From contig CM041465.1 of the NCBI GenBank assembly GCA_023213395.1, forward strand, positions 34,169,741 to 34,233,740: DNA of 64,000 nucleotides, read 5' to 3'. The notes beneath the pieces were generated by a model. That model was not told where the DNA came from and ran no database searches. It worked only from the letters and a program-made list of their open reading frames with translations. This document shows positions 53,359-64,000 of the stretch, piece by piece. Source of the stretch: Cycas panzhihuaensis. Taxonomy: Eukaryota; Plantae; Cycadophyta. The first letter of the stretch is position 1; each line of letters starts with the position of its first letter. The position numbers were made by a program, and so were the translations under genes.

Positions 53359-56236
53359 TTTTAAAACATAATGTTTAATGTTGGTTTATGTATTTTGTTA
53401 AGTGTCCCTCTTAACTCTTATAGGTATATTTTATTATGATATTAAAATATGTGCATACATATTCATGTAAATATCCTATTGTTGGACATAAGGATTCTTT
53501 CACTTGATTGGACAAGTATGAGGCCAATTGTACTATAAGTATGTATTCATGCCTAATGTAATAATTAGAAGGTGATTATTTTCCTACATCTTTATTATCT
53601 TTCATATTGTATATACTTTATGTTTTGTTTATTCATTTATTATTTTATCACTATTTGCCTCATACTTACAATATATTTTACATTCATATTTATATTGTGA
53701 TTTCAAAGGTAATCTTTGAATCTTTATTTTAAACATGGTATTAGAGCAAGGTTGAATACAAGCTCCTATGGTGAGGCAAAGATCTTATCAATACTTTTTT
53801 GTTTGAGCCTATTTTTTAGCCCATTTAGGAACCTATAGATTCAAGCCTAAAGATATGCCATAGATTGTCAATCGATCATACCTAAAGAAGAATAACGACC
53901 TTTGACAACCATCGCAGAATGAGATTTTATCCATGTGTTTAAACCTGCTCATCTACACTACCAACCTTAGCCTTTCCCACATATCATAAGCATATGCCCT
54001 ATGCCATAACTGGCCATATACAGAGCAATCTACAAATTTGAGATGCCACAACTAACCACTGTGATCTTGATTTGTATAACCTTGCCATAGTGAATGGAAG
54101 ATCCATACGGTTGATACGCTTATTGCTTCTTTATATAAAAGATATAACCAAAAGAAATACAACCATAGAGAAGCCGTACTACTACTATTTGTAGGAGGAG
54201 ATATCAGCTACCCATCCATCATGCCTCTCAATTAAATAAAAATAGAATAGAATTAACCTGTGAAATGTTTTAACCTGAACCATTAAACTAGAGTGTATTT
54301 ACTAAAGGCTCTAAGTGCAATCTAAAGTAGGCGACCATGAAAGTGGCTCCATGCTCCATTTACAATCACATTAGTTTTTGTTACAGACCTACCATAAAGT
54401 TTGGATTACACCCACCACTCTTCACCTCAGAATATACAGAAATACCACACAAATAGCCAACTCATAAGATCTATAGAGCTTATGAAGGAATAGAATAGTC
54501 ATCAAATTTACATGACTTGGTCACATCAACACCATAACTATGACTGTAGTCTAGACTAGTTACAATCATGTGTACAATGATCATATGGAATCCCTCGATC
54601 ACTAAACATATAGTTGATGATGTGAGGATGGATAAGCCCTCCTTGGTCGATGGAGAAGAGATTGAATGAAGGAGAATTTTTAATATAGAGATAAATTTGT
54701 TATTTGTGTAGGGTTAAATCAACAAGGTCAAATTTTTGATACCCTTAAAAATATATATATTGATATGGTTTACTTTATTTAATTATTTTAGATGTTTTTT
54801 CAGTTCTAGTTGTAGGGGTTCTTCTCAGTTGGGAAGTAGTCATATGGGCAGACTATGTGACTAAGGGATAAGCATTAAGAGGGTGGACTTCAAAATATAA
54901 TAAATCAATTTAGATAATTCTTTATTTTTTTTAAAAAATTATTTAATAGTTGATTATTTTTTTAGATCCACTTCTATTTTATTAAGGATCACATAACCTT
55001 TTATGACCAACTAGTGCTTTTTCCTTTATAACTTCTTATTGGGATGTCATAATTTAGTGCTATTAGTTGTGTTGGATTTGTTGTTTCAAGATGATTGAAA
55101 TAGGTGGTTGCAAGACATAGTTCAAGATTTAGAGACTTGTTATTTAAATCAGTAAAGTTCATAAAAATACTTAAAACTTCATAAAAAGTATATTTCATGA
55201 CATTTTTTTATATTTGATTTCATATATCTTGCAGTTTTTCAGCATTCCTAACATGGTAATGTTATTTTTCAATTTGAAAGTAAGAAGAGTAATGTTTAGT
55301 TCAAATTTAAGCAAAAATTACTTATTCATGATAGTTTAAAGGCTCTTAAGAACCCTTTTTATACTTATGAGAGTTTTTTCTTGCAAATCACATATGAAAT
55401 TTCTTATTGGTAGCTATATTATTATCTTTTAGTAGAAGATACTTCATAAAAGCATATTTGGTTATTTGTAAACTTTAATACTTAAACCCCAAGTGATATT
55501 CATCTATATCCTTAAAGAATCACATAGGCTTCAAGGTGTATCCTATTCTTATCCTTAAAAAAACCATGGATTAGTTGCCTCAAACAAGAATGAAGAAATA
55601 ACAAATTGGTTGCCTCAAATAGAATCAAGTTACTTTGGTACTTAAATCATTTACTTGAAAGACTTGGTCTTGAAATGAAATTAACTAATGTTGATTAAAC
55701 CATATATCCAAAGGAGGTTCTTATTCAAATGGCAGCTATAGTAGAAGTTGTAGATATAACCAGTACCATATGGAGCCAATTTTTATTTGTTCTAGTAGTT
55801 TTTACATAATGTTATGGATGTGACATAAAATATTTTCTTGGGGGGAGGTGGGTGTTAAAACATAATGTTTAATGTTAATTTATGTATTTGTTAAGTGTAC
55901 CCCTTAACTCTCATAGATATATTTTATTATGATATTGAGATGTATGCATGGGTGCACACCTATTCATGTAATCATCCTATTGGTGGATATAAGGGTGCTT
56001 TCACTTGATTAGATAAGTATAAGGTCAATTATACTATAAGTATGTATTCATACCTAATGCAATAATTGGAAGGTGGTTATTTTTTCACATCTTTATTGTC
56101 TTTTATATTATACATACTTTATCTTTCATTTATTCATTTATTATTTTATCATTATTTACCTCATAACTGTAACATGTTTTACATTCATATTTATATTGTG
56201 ATTTCAAAGGTAATCTTTGAATCCCTATTTTAAACA
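53359..56236 (+). mobile_element. Non-autonomous LTR element C (TRIM/LARD-like, 2.9 kb) nested in B
   Basis: LTRs 53359-53735 and 55853-56236. Perfect ACTCT TSD. PBS TGGTATTAGAGC at 53736. G-rich PPT before 55853. No recognisable gag/pol in the 2.1 kb interior. Confidence 0.92.
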
Positions 56237-57462
56237 ACTCTCATAATTTAACATAATTTTTCTTTGATATGGGGTTTACAAAATAAGCTGCTAAATTTTC
56301 TTATTTTGGGAACTAAATCTATTTTGATCTTACTACTCCATTTAGTTTTACCAAATATAAAACATTGCATAGATTTATATATGTGGATAATAGTAAGATC
56401 TTAAGAGTGCCCAATAACTAACTATTGAAAGCTATGCTTCCTATTAATCTCTCCAACATGGTAGAAGCTAAGGAAACCAATATCTCTAAGGCTCTCTAAG
56501 ATGGGTCAAATACTGACCCAAGATTAATTGATAAAAAAAATAGTAGGCTATTAAGGTCTTCTACTTTTTATACTTGTAATATTAAGGCTAGTTTTAAAAG
56601 TTTCTTTTTCTTTTATGGGTTCTTTGCCCATAGGTAGGAGAAAAATGAGTAGTACTAATTATTACAGAGGCTAGTAATGATGAAAGTAGAGTTGAGGACT
56701 TGTCTCACCTATATGAATGCTAAAATGGGCTTCAACTTAGATGATAAACTAGACCATCAAACCCCCCTATTTTCTTTTTTCTTTTTTTTTTAAAGATATC
56801 AAACAATGATAATGGATGTTTCAAGGTTAGATGTAGACTATCTAAATAAAGAGTCTTTTGATATTGACATGATTACACATCAGCATAAACATCTAACATT
56901 TTATCAAAGAAAATAACCCAAATTTCTAAGCTACAGGGATGTCTAGTCCCATAACCTTTTCTTCATATTATAAGGCTTTTTATTTTTGAAAATGATCTCA
57001 TCCTTATTGATACTAGATATGCTACTTTTATAAGGTGATTAGGACTACACGAGTAATTGATTTGCTCATGTTTCTCCATGACTAGTAACTTTAAAAAAGG
57101 TTCTATAACAACTTTAAAATACTCTAAAATAGGCTATAAACAACCTTTAAAATAATATTAAAATCATCCTTTTAATAACTTTAATTAGGCTTTAAAACTA
57201 GCCTTATAACAACATCAAAACAACTCATTCAAATGACTAAAAACTATGATAAAATAGTCCCTAATGTATCTCAAATGACAATAAAAGTAGTCTTATAAAT
57301 GTGCATAAAACTATAGCAAAAGACGACTTCAAATGCCTTTAAAAATAACTTTAAAAAAGGTCATTAATTAGGCACAAATCAAGTTCCTAAATGCATTCAA
57401 ATGGCTATAAAATATGAATGAAACAAGGTCTAAAATGTTACTCTCAAAGATTCAAACCTTGG

Positions 57463-57574
57463 AATCTGATACCATGTTAGAATATAAGATTATATAGCTT
57501 TGATACCATGCTAGAAAATAAGATGAATAACTATGATACCAAATGTTGGGTTGAGTATACTAGCTTTAATACCA
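57463..57574 (-). repeat. Array of four tRNA-iMet PBS copies separated by 21-22 nt LTR-terminus-like spacers
   Basis: Plus-strand (g)ctctgatacca-like 12-mers at 57463, 57497, 57530 and 57563. Two also present in the other LTR at 51375 and 51408. Confidence 0.88.
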
Positions 57575-57949
57575 TGTTAGAAAATGAATCTACCATGAAT
57601 AACAATAGATGAAAAGAGTGAGTGAATGATAAAGAAACAATGTGCAAAAAGATGAAGCATGTATATGTTAATACAATGAAATGGATGAATGACCAAACTT
57701 CAAATTAGAAAGAAGGATGATGTACATATTTATAGTCTAACTCACCACATATGTGAGAACCCTCATTGGTCAACTTATTGTGGGTTGGCACATATTTCTA
57801 CATGGCACACAACTTAAGAAGGCATCAAATATAAAAAATAAATAAATCTAGAGATAATGTAAATGGAGATAGTTATATAATTGGGTATTACACCCAATAT
57901 AACTTTGTAACAAAGAGTTCAATTTTTAAACTGTCTAAACTATTAAAAT

Positions 57950-62420
<4,471 letters not shown>

Positions 62421-64000
62421 TGTTGGAAAATAAATGGAGTGCAGAGTGAAGCAAGTATACATAAATCAATCTATATTGTGAATCATAAGCTAAAGTATCA
62501 TATTATTCAAGCCATTGTATAGGAGTATACATCAAATCTCTACAGTAGGTGGTGTCAAAAGACACGAGAGTTATACACCCCAGAAAATATATAGATGTGA
62601 GAGAGGAGGGAAATCTCTTCAACCTCCAAAATTTAAATAATAATAAAATAATACATAACTCAATATAAAATTAAACTCACCTAACTTACCTTTAACATGT
62701 GTGTTCTCACATGTGTCTAAGGTGGGAGTGGGGTGATGAACATTAACCCCAACAAACTCCTCCTTAATATTCATCATGATCATCCTTCATTTCTCCTTGA
62801 ACTTATGGTATATGTACTTAAAGAAAACTTTGAATACTTGTGCTTTAGCTTGATAGTCAACATGTTTGATGTAGTTAACAACAACTTGCTTTATCACCCA
62901 TTCAACAAAGTTTGTCTCTTTAATATCATGTAGTGAGAGTAGCTTCTAATAGGTGTAGTAGAGGTAGCTTAATTTATATGAATAGAAATGACTTTGTATT
63001 GATCTTTATCCTTCACTTTAGTTGAGTCCATGATATATATCATCTTACCAAATGTGACATTGAAGTCATTATTTTCATTGAAATCTATACTAGTACAAGA
63101 AATGTTAGTCTTTTCATCAGAATATACTTACTCTAACATCTGCCTTACTGGAAAAACATCATCAATGTAATTAGTAATATTAAAATTTAAGGGATCTCCC
63201 CCATAAATCAATTCTAATGTATTCCACACTGATTTAGATGTAGTTATTTCTGAAACACAAGAAAATATATTATCATCTATGCTACAAAATAATAGAGCTA
63301 GGGCTTCATTATCCCTTTTTAAATATTCTTTCTTATTTGGTTCATATCCATCATTTATATATTTCCAAAGGTCTTTTGAGATAAAGTAGGCTTTCATTAT
63401 GGTTCTACAAAGCTGAAAGTCATTTCCATCAAATATTTAAAAGCAAGTATTGCTTAGATTCATTGCCATTGTGTAGAGGGCTTTAGTAAATCATCAAGAA
63501 ATATGATTTTCAATGAATAAATAAGATAAGTAATTCTCTAATGAACGTATGATGCAAACTTTATAAAGTCACAATGAATACAAGTAAAAGGAAATCAAGG
63601 TATTCTTCTTCTTTTAATGAACCATGTAATCTAATGCTTTCAAATTGAGATACTCTTGTAGGAAAATAAGAAGCTATATGCTTTTTTGATTATGATGCAA
63701 GGTAATAAGGAAATCCTTAATACTTGAATGTCATTTAATTTTTAGAATATTAGTTTGAACTTTTGAGACAAATAACTAATCAATAAAATTTGAAACTAAT
63801 CTTTTGCAACTTTCAAGTTGAAAAAAGACTAAAGCTTTTGATAAAGAATAAAATGACTTCTTGACTAATCTGAAAGACAAAGATATTAGATTTAAAATAT
63901 CAAAGTGTTCCTTCATAAGAACAAAAATAACTATAAGAAATTTGTAATTTTTGAATAAAAACTATGCTTCAAGTGATTAAAAGTGCCAAGAAACTATTTA
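62421..64000 (-). mobile_element. Internally deleted copia element D: 3' LTR 62421-62754, PPT, short gag; runs off the right edge
   Basis: TGTTGG...CCAACA LTR. Minus PPT AAGGAGGAGTT. Gag ORF 63128-63397 (KAYFISKDLWKYINDGY..DNEALALL..VWNTLE) lies only ~370 bp from the PPT. Confidence 0.78.

Larger units (their letters stand above)
51354..57899 (-). mobile_element. Non-autonomous/degenerate copia-type LTR element B
   Basis: LTRs 51354-51745 and 57509-57899. Perfect TAACT TSD. PPT (minus TAGGGGAAAA) next to 51745, tRNA-iMet PBS next to 57509. Only faint coding traces. Confidence 0.88.

Noticed and set aside
57085-57420. Loose A-rich periodic motifs (ctttaaaa/ctataaaa) in the leader of element B
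   Set aside because: Too degenerate to define a unit by eye; may be low-complexity leader.
57463-57574. True CRISPR array
   Set aside because: The repeat is the 12-nt tRNA-iMet PBS in a plant LTR context and there are no cas genes. Reported as a PBS array instead.

Overview
Eukaryotic land-plant DNA. The repeat families and mutation pattern suggest a non-flowering plant (moss, lycophyte or fern-like), but that is inference. One intact host gene, an intronless Q-type C2H2 zinc-finger repressor of the ZFP5/ZFP6/GIS3 type (minus strand, 28917-~30500/30671), lies in a ~4.5 kb GC/CpG-rich island. The rest is nested, decayed transposons: an L1 LINE split by a full-length Ty1/copia element (1507-9020); a chromovirus Ty3/gypsy split by a full-length non-chromoviral Ty3/gypsy (E1, 12394-22384, minus); a second LINE split by a related Ty3/gypsy (E2, 39478-49082, plus); and a multi-level stack of copia-type and non-autonomous LTR elements at 49.9-64 kb. 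The most unusual observations: (i) E1 and E2 share an odd architecture of four Gag zinc knuckles, a second capsid-like domain between protease and RT, a 3' accessory ORF and an apparent tRNA-Glu PBS; (ii) a repeat-spacer array of tRNA-iMet PBS copies and short LTR-terminus-like spacers, partly built into an LTR; (iii) a perfect 67-bp-arm palindrome in otherwise decayed DNA; (iv) a 1.7 kb compound microsatellite sitting where a related LTR has its TATA box; (v) pervasive CpA>TpA/TpG>TpA (RIP-like) decay of the repeats. All alignments and translations outside the ORF track were done by eye.
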